Positions 1 through 8,179 of a DNA stretch of 32,000 nucleotides are shown piece by piece. Position 1 is the first letter of the stretch, and each line of letters opens with the position of its first letter. The stretch spans positions 2,640,001 through 2,672,000 of the forward strand of contig NC_014833.1 in the NCBI RefSeq assembly GCF_000179635.2. Reading direction: 5' to 3'. The translations under genes were made by a program, and so were the position numbers. The notes under the pieces are model-generated. The model saw nothing but the letters and a program-made list of their open reading frames with translations. It ran no database searches and had not been told where the DNA came from. This DNA comes from Ruminococcus albus 7 = DSM 20455. GTDB lineage: Bacteria; Bacillota; Clostridia; Oscillospirales; Ruminococcaceae.

Positions 1-151
1 GTATACCGATACGAATCGGACGGCAAGCAGTTCACGGGAACATACCGATGTTAACGCCAATTCCCGAAAGAAAGATAAAGAAGATCAGAACAAAGAAAAA
101 AGACAACATCTCACACAAAACAAATTCTTTGACAGATAAAGGAGAATAACT

Positions 152-1612
152 ATGGGAACCGAGTCGATCATTATTATTTGCGTTATAGTTGCGGTACTTT
201 TCGCAGCACTTATGGCTATACTTTCAAGATACAGAAAATGCCCTTCGGACAAGGTGCTGGTCATCTACGGTAAGGTAGGTACAGACAAGAACGGACAGGC
301 AAGGAGTGCAAGATGTATCCACGGCGGTGCGGCATTCATCATGCCTGTAATACAGTCCTATGAGTACATGGACCTGACACCTATATCCATAAACGTTGAC
401 CTGAAAAATGCGCTTTCAAAGCAGAATATCCGTATCGATGTTCCTTCAAGATTCACAGTTGGTATCTCTACCGAACCCGGCATCATGCAGAACGCCGCTG
501 AAAGACTTCTCGGTCTGAAGCTGATGGAGATACAGGAACTGGCTAAGGATATCATCTTCGGTCAGCTGAGACTTATCATCGCTACAATGGATATCGAAGA
601 GATCAACTCCGACAGAGACAAGTTCCTGCTGGCAGTATCCAACAACGTTGAGATCGAGCTGAAAAAGATCGGTCTGAAACTGATAAACGTTAACGTTACC
701 GATATCACAGACGAGTCCGGATATCTGGAAGCTCTCGGTAAAGAGGCTGCTGCAAAGGCTATCAACGACGCTAAGAAGAGCGTTGCAGAGAAGCACAGAG
801 ACGGTGAGATCGGTCAGTCGCACGCACAGAAAGAGCAGAGGATCGAAGTTGCAGCTGCAAACGCTGACGCTATCAAGGGTGAGAACGATGCTAAGGTAGC
901 TGTTGCACAGTCCGAGGCTGAGAGAAGAGAAAGAGAAGCAGAATCTCTGCGTAAGGCTACCGCTGCCGAAGCAGTTCAGGCTGCAAAGGCTAAGCAGGAA
1001 GCTTACATCGCTCAGCAGGAAGCAGAGCTTACAAGAGCAGAGCTGGAAAAGGCTACACAGAAGGCTGACGTTATCGTTAAGGCTGAGATCAGCAAGCAGC
1101 AGGCTGAGATCCAGGCTGAGGCACAGGCTGAAGTTACAAGACGTAAGGCAAAGGGTGAAGCTGACGCTATCTTCGCTAAGATGGAAGCTGAGGCTAAGGG
1201 TAATCAGGAGATACTCACCAAGCAGGCAGAAGGTCTGAAGCAGATAGTTGCTGCTGCAGGCGGTGATGCTGATGCGGCTGTAAGACTTATCATCGCTGAC
1301 AAGATGGAGCAGCTGATAGCTATTCAGGTAGAGGCTATCAAGAACATCAAGATCGACAAGATCACTGTTTGGGACAGCGGCGCTAACGGCGGACAGGGCG
1401 GCGGCTCTACCGCTAACTTCCTCAGCGGTCTGATGAAGAGCGTACCTCCTCTGAACGATCTGTTCGAGCAGGCAGGTATGTCACTGCCCGAGTTCCTTGG
1501 CAAGGACATGAAGGATGCTCTGGAGAAGTCCCGCGAGGAGGCTATCCAGAGAGTTGCAGCAGAGGAAGCTGAAAAGCTTGGCAGCAACGATGTTGAGATA
1601 ATCGAGCAGTAA
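152..1612 (+). CDS. Flotillin-family (SPFH/band-7) membrane scaffold protein
   Basis: 486-aa ORF with GGAG at 141-144 upstream of the ATG at 152. It has an N-terminal hydrophobic anchor (IIIICVIVAVLFAALMAILS), an SPFH-like core, and a long Ala/Glu/Lys/Gln coiled-coil region (AEAERREREAESLRKATAAEAVQAAKAKQEA...) typical of bacterial flotillins. Confidence 0.9.
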   Translation: MGTESIIIICVIVAVLFAALMAILSRYRKCPSDKVLVIYGKVGTDKNGQARSARCIHGGAAFIMPVIQSYEYMDLTPISINVDLKNALSKQNIRIDVPSRFTVGISTEPGIMQNAAERLLGLKLMEIQELAKDIIFGQLRLIIATMDIEEINSDRDKFLLAVSNNVEIELKKIGLKLINVNVTDITDESGYLEALGKEAAAKAINDAKKSVAEKHRDGEIGQSHAQKEQRIEVAAANADAIKGENDAKVAVAQSEAERREREAESLRKATAAEAVQAAKAKQEAYIAQQEAELTRAELEKATQKADVIVKAEISKQQAEIQAEAQAEVTRRKAKGEADAIFAKMEAEAKGNQEILTKQAEGLKQIVAAAGGDADAAVRLIIADKMEQLIAIQVEAIKNIKIDKITVWDSGANGGQGGGSTANFLSGLMKSVPPLNDLFEQAGMSLPEFLGKDMKDALEKSREEAIQRVAAEEAEKLGSNDVEIIEQ

Positions 1613-1668
1613 ATAGTCATAATGCACAAATAACCTCTCAAAATGCACATATCACCTCAATTGATATA

Positions 1669-1713
1669 CTGCTGTCCGGTGCTGCAGATGCTGTGCCGGA
1701 CAGCAGCTTTTTT
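1669..1713 (+). terminator. Rho-independent terminator after the flotillin gene
   Basis: Perfect 11-bp stem ctgctgtccgg (1669-1679) / ccggacagcag (1696-1706), followed by cttttttat. Confidence 0.8.
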
Positions 1714-2284
1714 ATAATAAACTAATTGAAAACCATGCTATATGAGCATGAGAGAACGATCCGAAATGCATTTATGAAGGCTTTTGTACGTTAAGTTGTA
1801 CGCGAGGCAAGAAAAGGCGCGGAGAGAGGGCTAAAAATCTTTCATGTTTTATCATTTAATTATTTCTAAGCCGTGTAAATTCGACAAATAAATGCTTCTA
1901 AAACGTTTTCTAAAAAATCGTTGGCCAAGACGTGAGTTTCATATCTTCGTACTATCTTTTAACCAAACATAATATTGCGATTATGATAAATTCATTTAAC
2001 ATTCGGTTTTCTCGGAAAAACAGGCAAATCCGGTTACAATCGTTGTAACAATTTTAACATTACGGTAACGGGATATAAATTTCTGACGCTAAGATGTTCA
2101 GAATGTCAAAACTAACCTTAAAATTTCGTGAAAATTACCCACAATCACACCAGCACATTTGTTTCTATACTATATGTTGTATGTTGTATAATTTTAACCA
2201 CTAGATTTGTTGTAATTATTTTGTAACCAGTGAATAAGATAATTAAATTTAACTTAAAAGGCGTTTCGTTAATAATATCAATGG

Positions 2285-2313
2285 TTGACAATGCTAGTAT
2301 TTTCATATATAAT
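2285..2313 (+). promoter_or_regulatory. Sigma-70-type promoter for the dockerin/glucosaminidase gene
   Basis: Consensus TTGACA (2285-2290), 17-nt spacer, consensus TATAAT (2308-2313). It lies about 80 nt upstream of the start codon. Confidence 0.7.
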
Positions 2314-2393
2314 AGGAATACAACAAAACAAACAGTACGAGTAAAGAACAGTCATAAAATTATGTTCCTTTTGTTCACCCGGAGGTGAGTTCG

Positions 2394-3998
2394 TTGAATA
2401 TTAAAAAAACAGCGGCAGCTCTTATGGCAGCTGCAATGATGCTCGGTACAACAGCTGTAACAGGCGGTAATGCCATAACAGCTTCCGCAGCTAAAAACAG
2501 AAACGGAATTTGTACATATACTTACATCGACGTCAAGACAGACGCTGATGCTTACGCAAGCAAGGCAGGCTGGCTCGACGGCGGAGATGCGGTAAGCATC
2601 CTCGGTGAAAAATATGACAGCAACGGAGAACTGTGGTATAAGATACAATATGAACTTCTTATAGGCTATGTTCCCGCAGCTTCCATAAGTGAAAACGGCA
2701 AGGGCTATCAGCCTGCAGACTATAGCGGTGATTTTGAGAGCTATATGGAATCTCAGGGCTTCCCCGAGAGCTACAGGATATACCTCAGAAAGCTCCATGA
2801 GCAGCACCCCAGCTGGATATTCAAAGCTCAGCATCTGGATATAGACTGGAACAATGCGGTTAATGCAGAAACCGTTGTCGGCAGGAACCTTGTTCACAAC
2901 GGTGCTCCCGAGTCATGGAAATCTAAGGCAAGGGGCGCTTACGATGCTAATACAGGCACATGGTATCAGCTTGATACAGGCTGGGTAGCAGCATCTGATG
3001 AAATAATAAAGTATTATCTCGATCCCAGAAATTTCCTGAGCGAGAACTACGTATTCATGTTTGAGAACCTGTCCTATGATCCTGCTGTACACACCCGTGA
3101 CGGTGTTGAGGCTATCCTCAGCGGCACATTCATGGACGGCGGCTATACCTGTCCTGATACATGGGAGTGGTTCACCTATGCTGATACCTTTATGGAAGCA
3201 GCAGAAATATCAGGAGTATCACCCTATCATCTGGCATCGAGATGCCGCAACGAGCAGGGTGTATACGGTGCTCCGCAGTCTCTCGGTACTATATGGGGAT
3301 ATGAGAATTATTTCAATTTCTTTGATGTAGGCGCATACGCTACGGCTTCACTGACAGCAGGCGAAATGGCTGCAAGATATGCGACAAACTATGATCCTGA
3401 TTATCTTTTACCATGGACAAACCAGTACAGATCAATTGTCGGCGGCTCCATATTCCTGGGCAACGGCTATATCAACAGAGAGCAGGATACCCTGTATCTT
3501 CAGAAATTCGATATGGTCGACGGCGGTAACGGCTACTACGCTCACCAGTACATGACCTGTGTATTCGGACAGGCTAACGAAGCTGTCAGCCTGCTGAACG
3601 CTTACAGCGATGATGTGCTTGCTTCTGCTATGGAATTCAAGATACCCGTATACGATAATATGCCAGAAACTCGCTGTCTGAAACCCGGCACTGTTCTCGG
3701 TGAGGACGAGATACCTGTAAAGAACAGCGGCAAGACCGTTAAGAAAGACAATAACAATAATACTAACAATACCAATACTTCTAACAATAGTAACAGCGTC
3801 TCCAAAGTAGATGAAAAATATGATATCAACAGTGACGGTAATGTGAATATCACAGATGCCAGCGTCATGACAGCACATATCTTATCAAGAAAAGCTATGA
3901 ATTCTTCAAGCCTTAAAAAAGCCGATATTGACAAGAACGGCAGATTTGAAGTAACCGATGCTATTCTCGTTATAAAGTACTTAAAGAATATCGTATAG
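2394..3998 (+). CDS. Secreted cell-wall hydrolase-like protein: signal peptide + SH3b-like domain + glucosaminidase (GH73-like) domain + Asn/Thr linker + type-I dockerin
   Basis: The ORF track starts at GTG 2385. TTG 2394 is better placed behind GGAGGTG (2381-2387). The signal peptide is KKTAAALMAAAMMLGTTAVTGGNAITASA. An SH3-like segment reads GWLDGGDAVSILGEKYDSNGELWYKIQY. Glucosaminidase-like motifs are YYLDPRNFL and GVSPYHLASRCRNEQG. The linker is NNNNTNNTNTSNNSNS. The C-terminal duplicated Ca-binding segments DINSDGNVNITDASVM and DIDKNGRFEVTDAILV form a dockerin. Confidence 0.75.
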   Translation: MNIKKTAAALMAAAMMLGTTAVTGGNAITASAAKNRNGICTYTYIDVKTDADAYASKAGWLDGGDAVSILGEKYDSNGELWYKIQYELLIGYVPAASISENGKGYQPADYSGDFESYMESQGFPESYRIYLRKLHEQHPSWIFKAQHLDIDWNNAVNAETVVGRNLVHNGAPESWKSKARGAYDANTGTWYQLDTGWVAASDEIIKYYLDPRNFLSENYVFMFENLSYDPAVHTRDGVEAILSGTFMDGGYTCPDTWEWFTYADTFMEAAEISGVSPYHLASRCRNEQGVYGAPQSLGTIWGYENYFNFFDVGAYATASLTAGEMAARYATNYDPDYLLPWTNQYRSIVGGSIFLGNGYINREQDTLYLQKFDMVDGGNGYYAHQYMTCVFGQANEAVSLLNAYSDDVLASAMEFKIPVYDNMPETRCLKPGTVLGEDEIPVKNSGKTVKKDNNNNTNNTNTSNNSNSVSKVDEKYDINSDGNVNITDASVMTAHILSRKAMNSSSLKKADIDKNGRFEVTDAILVIKYLKNIV

Positions 3999-4023
3999 TT
4001 ATATCTGCGAAGTATAGTTTTAT

Positions 4024-4065
4024 AAAGACTGTCCCGATACCAAGTTATCGGGACAGTCTTTTTTT
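4024..4065 (+). terminator. Rho-independent terminator
   Basis: 16-bp perfect stem aaagactgtcccgata (4024-4039) / tatcgggacagtcttt (4046-4061), followed by a T-run. Confidence 0.85.
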
Positions 4066-4086
4066 GGAAGAATTGACATATTTAAC

Positions 4087-4115
4087 TTGACATTTATTCA
4101 AATTAATATTATAAT
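4087..4115 (+). promoter_or_regulatory. Sigma-70-type promoter for the zinc-ribbon repeat gene
   Basis: TTGACA (4087-4092), 17-nt spacer, TATAAT (4110-4115). A second TTGACA sits at 4073-4078. Confidence 0.7.
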
Positions 4116-4191
4116 TATAATAACCGATATGTTACTGCGGTAATAGTTCATTTACGACAACCCCATATGGATTGTCGGGACAGGAGGATAT

Positions 4192-5799
4192 ATGCTGATA
4201 TGCAATAATTGCGGCAAGACAGGTAAACGCGGAAAATTCTGTGTATACTGCGGCGGTGAGCTGACCGAGTTTTTTACGCTGAAGACCGCTGAAAATAATG
4301 ATGCCCCAAAGGGTAAATGCCCACAGTGCGGAAAGGAATTCGCAGGGGGCAAGTTCTGTGTGTTCTGTGGAACAAAGCTTGATATGGGAGATCAGGAGAA
4401 CGCTTCGGCACTTGTTCAGGAGATACCTGCGCAGGAAGTAAGCGAAGTTCCTGTTTCTGAGCCTGTACAGGAAGTCATCGAAGCTCCTGTAGAAGATGTC
4501 GTTCAGGAAATCACCGAAACTCCTGTCGAAGAAACCGTTCAGGAAGTGAACGAAACCACTGTTGAAGAGGTCGTTCAGGAAATCACCGAAACCACTGTTG
4601 AAGAAGCCGTTCAGGAAACAGAACCTATCGAAGCACCTGTACCTGATGTATCATCTGAGGATAACGGCTTTAAATGCAGCGTATGCGGAAAGCTTCACAG
4701 CAAGGGAAAATTCTGCACAGTATGCGGAGGTGCTCTTGTACCTGTTGACAGCGGATCTGACAAAAGCGCTGTTCCTTCACCTGCGGCATCAGCTGCTGTT
4801 ACGCTGAAATGCGCTAAATGCGGCAAAGTTCATAGCGGCGGAAAGTTCTGTACCGCTTGCGGAGGTGAGCTTGTAGCTGCCGATGAAGCAGCTGATACAT
4901 CAACAAAGGAAGAAACTGCTGCGCCTTCACTTATATGCGAAGTATGCGGAAAGCCCCATGAAAAGGGCAAGTTCTGTACCGCTTGCGGAGGTAAGCTGAT
5001 AAACGCAAATGCTGCAAATCAGACCGATTCGACACCTGAGCCTGCACCGTCTGTTATACCAACACCGGTATCTGCGTCAACGGCAGAAACTTCTGCACCC
5101 GTAACTCAGGTTGCTGGCAAGCTTGTTTGCAAGGAGTGCGGAAAAGCGCATGAGAAAGGCAAATTCTGCACCGCCTGCGGAGGACAGCTCATTCCTGCCG
5201 ATGATACCCCTGCGGCACCTGAAAGTGCTCCTGTTGCGGAATGGCTGAAATGTTCGGTATGCGGTAAGCTTCATGACAAGGGCAAATTCTGCACATCATG
5301 CGGAGGTCAGCTTGTATCTGCAAGTGCGGCAGCTGACACGGTTTCGGCTATACCCACCCCTGTTACACCTGTATCATCGGTGATACCTACACCTGTATCC
5401 GCTCCCCTGCCGAATACATCAACAGCGCCAATATCTGCACCTCTCCCTGCAAGCACTGAAACATCGGGCAAACTGGTATGCAAAGTGTGCGGCAAGATAC
5501 TCGACAAAGGCAAGTTCTGCACTGCCTGCGGCGGTGAGCTGGTTCCTATGGAAAGTCAGACGGTGAGCGCTCCTATTGCAGAAAACAGCAGTCTTGTATG
5601 CCCTTCCTGCGGCAAGACATTTGAACGCGGCAAATTCTGTACCACCTGCGGCGCTACTCTCGTTCCGCAGACTTCGGCTGCAGCTCCCGTCAATGACGGA
5701 AAACTGCACTGCGTACAGTGCGGCAAGATATTTGACCACGGCAAGTTCTGCACATCATGCGGAGGTCAACTTGTTACTTCGGATAAGCTGAATGTGTGA
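4192..5799 (+). CDS. Poly-zinc-ribbon protein (10 tandem CxxC...CxxC zinc-ribbon units separated by low-complexity linkers)
   Basis: AGGAGG (4180-4185) precedes the ATG at 4192. The 535-aa product has ten units of the form C-x2-CGK-x4-GKFC-x2-CG-x-L, for example KCSVCGKLHSKGKFCTVCGGALVP and VCKECGKAHEKGKFCTACGGQLIP. Linkers are rich in Pro/Ala/Ser/Thr/Val/Glu. There is no signal peptide or TM segment. Confidence 0.85.
   Translation: MLICNNCGKTGKRGKFCVYCGGELTEFFTLKTAENNDAPKGKCPQCGKEFAGGKFCVFCGTKLDMGDQENASALVQEIPAQEVSEVPVSEPVQEVIEAPVEDVVQEITETPVEETVQEVNETTVEEVVQEITETTVEEAVQETEPIEAPVPDVSSEDNGFKCSVCGKLHSKGKFCTVCGGALVPVDSGSDKSAVPSPAASAAVTLKCAKCGKVHSGGKFCTACGGELVAADEAADTSTKEETAAPSLICEVCGKPHEKGKFCTACGGKLINANAANQTDSTPEPAPSVIPTPVSASTAETSAPVTQVAGKLVCKECGKAHEKGKFCTACGGQLIPADDTPAAPESAPVAEWLKCSVCGKLHDKGKFCTSCGGQLVSASAAADTVSAIPTPVTPVSSVIPTPVSAPLPNTSTAPISAPLPASTETSGKLVCKVCGKILDKGKFCTACGGELVPMESQTVSAPIAENSSLVCPSCGKTFERGKFCTTCGATLVPQTSAAAPVNDGKLHCVQCGKIFDHGKFCTSCGGQLVTSDKLNV
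4465..4644 (+). repeat. In-frame 36-nt (12-aa) tandem repeat, about 5 copies, inside the zinc-ribbon gene
   Basis: Units begin at 4465, 4501, 4537, 4573 and 4609. They encode VQEVIEAPVEDV / VQEITETPVEET / VQEVNETTVEEV / VQEITETTVEEA / VQETEPIEAPV. Confidence 0.85.
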
Positions 5800-5835
5800 T
5801 AATTCATTAGTACAAAACAGAGATGAGGTCTGAGT

Positions 5836-6300
5836 ATGTCTAACGGACAATGCGGAAAACTCAGCATAGACGGATATGTATTTCAGGTAAAGGACTGCGG
5901 ATCAACAAGGCTCTATATATTCGATAACGACGATGACATCGACGAAGAAAGAGATGTCATAACCAAAACGATATCAATGGATGTATGTTTTGAAAAAGGG
6001 CAGTTCGGTAATGAAGAAGTATCACCAAAGCTTGTTATCAACGAATTTCCCACAGGGAAAGCTGATATCCGAGACATGATCGGCATGGAGTTTGAAGTTA
6101 AAAGCGCCGATGAAGCTTACGAACGTGAAGACACAATGTATATCTTTGAGCACGAACCTCTCATAAACTACAAGCTGAATATCGTTGACATTGAAACCGA
6201 TCTGATGCACGTTAAGATAAGCGGAACTGCTGTTACGGACGGATATTCCACCACTGTGAAGACTGCGGAGTTTGAGGGAGAATTCAGACTTCATATTTAA
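5836..6300 (+). CDS. Hypothetical small acidic cytoplasmic protein, probably co-transcribed with the zinc-ribbon gene
   Basis: 154-aa ORF with GAGG 7 nt upstream of the ATG. It lies 36 nt after the upstream stop with no hairpin between. It is Asp/Glu rich (DNDDDIDEERD). I recognise no family. Confidence 0.6.
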   Translation: MSNGQCGKLSIDGYVFQVKDCGSTRLYIFDNDDDIDEERDVITKTISMDVCFEKGQFGNEEVSPKLVINEFPTGKADIRDMIGMEFEVKSADEAYEREDTMYIFEHEPLINYKLNIVDIETDLMHVKISGTAVTDGYSTTVKTAEFEGEFRLHI

Positions 6301-6321
6301 AATGGTACTATATAAATGTGT

Positions 6322-6359
6322 AAAGGCACTTCTGACAAATATATGTCAAAAGTGCCTTT
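6322..6359. terminator. Bidirectional terminator hairpin between convergent units
   Basis: AAAGGCACTTCTGACA (6322-6337) pairs with TGTCAAAAGTGCCTTT (6344-6359) with one mismatch. The hairpin is T-rich on the 3' side of both strands. Confidence 0.75.
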
Positions 6360-6363
6360 GTAT

Positions 6364-7119
6364 TTATTCTTTGCATTTATCAAGAAGTGTATCAACGACA
6401 AATTCCGCAAAATCACCATCGCCTTTAAAAACGCTTCGGTTGGGGTTTTTAAGGAGCGGATCAAGTGCTTCCGGGATAATGGCGTGGTCTGCTTCTTCAA
6501 GCATGGGCAGGTCGATGGTGCTGTCACCTGCGGCGATGATGAATGCACCGCTCTCGCCCTGTGCAAGACGTTTGAGCGCTCTGCCTTTGGTGATATCGGG
6601 CGGCAGGAAGTATATCTTTCTACCCGAGGGCATTACATCAAGTTCGGTGAGTTTTCCGTATCTGTCCATAAATTCGTCCACATATTCCGGCTTTGCACAG
6701 GATATATAAAGGTACATCTCATCGACAATACGCACCACATTCAGCTTCTCGTTGCCGTCAAGCTCGGCGCGGAGCTTTTCCATAAGGGGCATCAGTTCAT
6801 CGGCATAGCGCTTTTCACGGTTGCGCCATTCTTCATTCTGAATGCCATTCTCTATCAGTATTGCACCGTTGGTGGTTATTGCCCTGGTGTAACAGCCTTC
6901 GGGCAGTTGTATCCTTTCAAACTGCGCCACCGAACGTGTCGTAAGCGGGACAAGTTCGACATTTTCGGGTAGAGAGGACAGATGTGAGCAGACTTTTGCG
7001 CTCATGAAACCCTGTTCTGCACCGTTCAGAAGTTCAACGCATATATCGCCCTCACGCCTGTGCTTATAGGAATGTATCAGCGTATTATCGAGGTCACTTG
7101 CAATCAGTATCTTTCTCAT
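6364..7119 (-). CDS. HAD-superfamily phosphatase (Ter-associated biosynthetic module)
   Basis: The ORF track starts at GTG 7158. ATG 7119 (MRKILIASDLDNTLIHS) places the DxDxT motif at the N-terminus and lies 1 nt after the upstream stop (TGAtATG). The motif IV-like sequence is AAGDSTIDLPML. Confidence 0.8.
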   Translation of the reverse strand: MRKILIASDLDNTLIHSYKHRREGDICVELLNGAEQGFMSAKVCSHLSSLPENVELVPLTTRSVAQFERIQLPEGCYTRAITTNGAILIENGIQNEEWRNREKRYADELMPLMEKLRAELDGNEKLNVVRIVDEMYLYISCAKPEYVDEFMDRYGKLTELDVMPSGRKIYFLPPDITKGRALKRLAQGESGAFIIAAGDSTIDLPMLEEADHAIIPEALDPLLKNPNRSVFKGDGDFAEFVVDTLLDKCKE

Positions 7120-7120
7120 A

Positions 7121-8176
7121 TCAGTTATCCGCCATCGCTTTGATAAGACCGCAGGCACGGTAGTGTTTCAGCGGATACTCAACAAGCTCACAGCCCTTTT
7201 CTTCGGCAAGCTGATAAAGATGTCCCAGATGCTCATTATCATCCAGGCTGTGTACCAGCATTTTCCAGGGCATACGGCGCAGCAGCACTCTTGTGGCTTC
7301 ACCTATGCTGGGCTTTACAAGATTGATATCAGCGATACCGTATTCCTGACAGATGGCTTTTACCTCCTCCATAGTATTTTCGGCTGTATCGGCAGCATTA
7401 TCGTTAAGGTCATAGTCATCAAAGCTGAAATGCTCCTCTACTGTATCTATAAACTTATATGTGAGGTCCTTATGGGCAAGCTCCTTGTAGTACACCGCAC
7501 CGTGAAAGTCCTTTTCGCCTATGATATCGCTTCTGAGGAAAGTCCTGCTGAGAAGTCCCGATACTGTGGAATTAAGGCAGCTGCTGGCGATAAGAAAATC
7601 ATCGTGAGTGCCGCATTTTTCAGAGATAAAGGCGGGGTCGGAAAGAACACCCAGCCCGGGACTGACTTCTGGATAATCCTTCATAGCTTCTTCCAGCTGA
7701 CGGGTGATAGCGCCTTTGCCTGTCCAGCCGTCGATGAACTGGATATCCTGAGGTCTGTGTCTTTCAAGGATATAGTTCATGGCATTTTTGTCTATGCCCC
7801 TGCCGCGGATTATAGAGATAGTATAGTGAGCGACATTTATTCCGTACTTTCTGTCCATATAGTGTTTCAGCAGTACACCGATAGAAGTGCCTGCCCTCGC
7901 AAGGGATACAAGCACTGCGTTTTCGCCCTTGTCCTTAAATATCAGCTGACCCAGCCTGCCCACAGCCTCGGCGGTGATGCCGCTGTACATATCAAGGGCT
8001 GTATAGAATGACTTCATGTACTGCTCGGAGGGTTCGTACTCTATTGGCAGCATCTCACAGTAGTGTCTGCCGCCCTGTATAAGCTTTTCTCTCTCCTCGG
8101 TGCTCTGAGGTTTTACCTTACCTGTGATATCTTTGAGAAGAATCGTAACGTCTTCATTTTTATATGAACCAAACAT
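7121..8176 (-). CDS. PRTase_1 / 'cysteine protease StiP'-family protein (divergent phosphoribosyltransferase fold)
   Basis: 351 aa. The N-terminus MFGSYKNEDV, SLARAGTSIGVLLKHY and the degenerate PRPP-loop-like FIDGWTGKGAI match my memory of this Ter-linked family. The start is 3 nt after the upstream stop (TAGcagATG), with AAAGGA as RBS. Confidence 0.6.
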   Translation of the reverse strand: MFGSYKNEDVTILLKDITGKVKPQSTEEREKLIQGGRHYCEMLPIEYEPSEQYMKSFYTALDMYSGITAEAVGRLGQLIFKDKGENAVLVSLARAGTSIGVLLKHYMDRKYGINVAHYTISIIRGRGIDKNAMNYILERHRPQDIQFIDGWTGKGAITRQLEEAMKDYPEVSPGLGVLSDPAFISEKCGTHDDFLIASSCLNSTVSGLLSRTFLRSDIIGEKDFHGAVYYKELAHKDLTYKFIDTVEEHFSFDDYDLNDNAADTAENTMEEVKAICQEYGIADINLVKPSIGEATRVLLRRMPWKMLVHSLDDNEHLGHLYQLAEEKGCELVEYPLKHYRACGLIKAMADN

Positions 8177-8179
8177 CTG

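Noticed and set aside
1-54. Possible 3' end of an upstream gene (VYRYESDGKQFTGTYRC-stop), perhaps the NfeD partner of the flotillin.
   Set aside because: Only 17 codons are visible at the window edge, and they do not resemble an NfeD C-terminus. The call cannot be supported.
129-134. TTGACA hexamer just upstream of the flotillin start, considered as a promoter.
   Set aside because: It lies only 18 nt before the ATG and overlaps the SD region. No -10 could fit upstream of a sensible leader.
903-1238. 111-aa Arg/Leu/Ser-rich ORF in an alternative frame inside the flotillin gene.
   Set aside because: It is an out-of-frame reading of the GCT/GAG/AAG-rich coiled-coil region. It is low complexity and has no translation signals.
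7163-8011. Long antisense ORFs opposite strongly supported genes. Examples: 7163-8011(+), 6316-6972(+), 11687-12199(+), 15812-16303(+), 20198-21049(+), 21786-22385(+), 29746-30546(+), 2352-2897(-), 3432-3878(-).
   Set aside because: Each lies entirely inside a gene with clear family motifs on the other strand. They have no SD or start context, and their composition is odd (Cys/His/Leu-rich), as expected for shadow frames.
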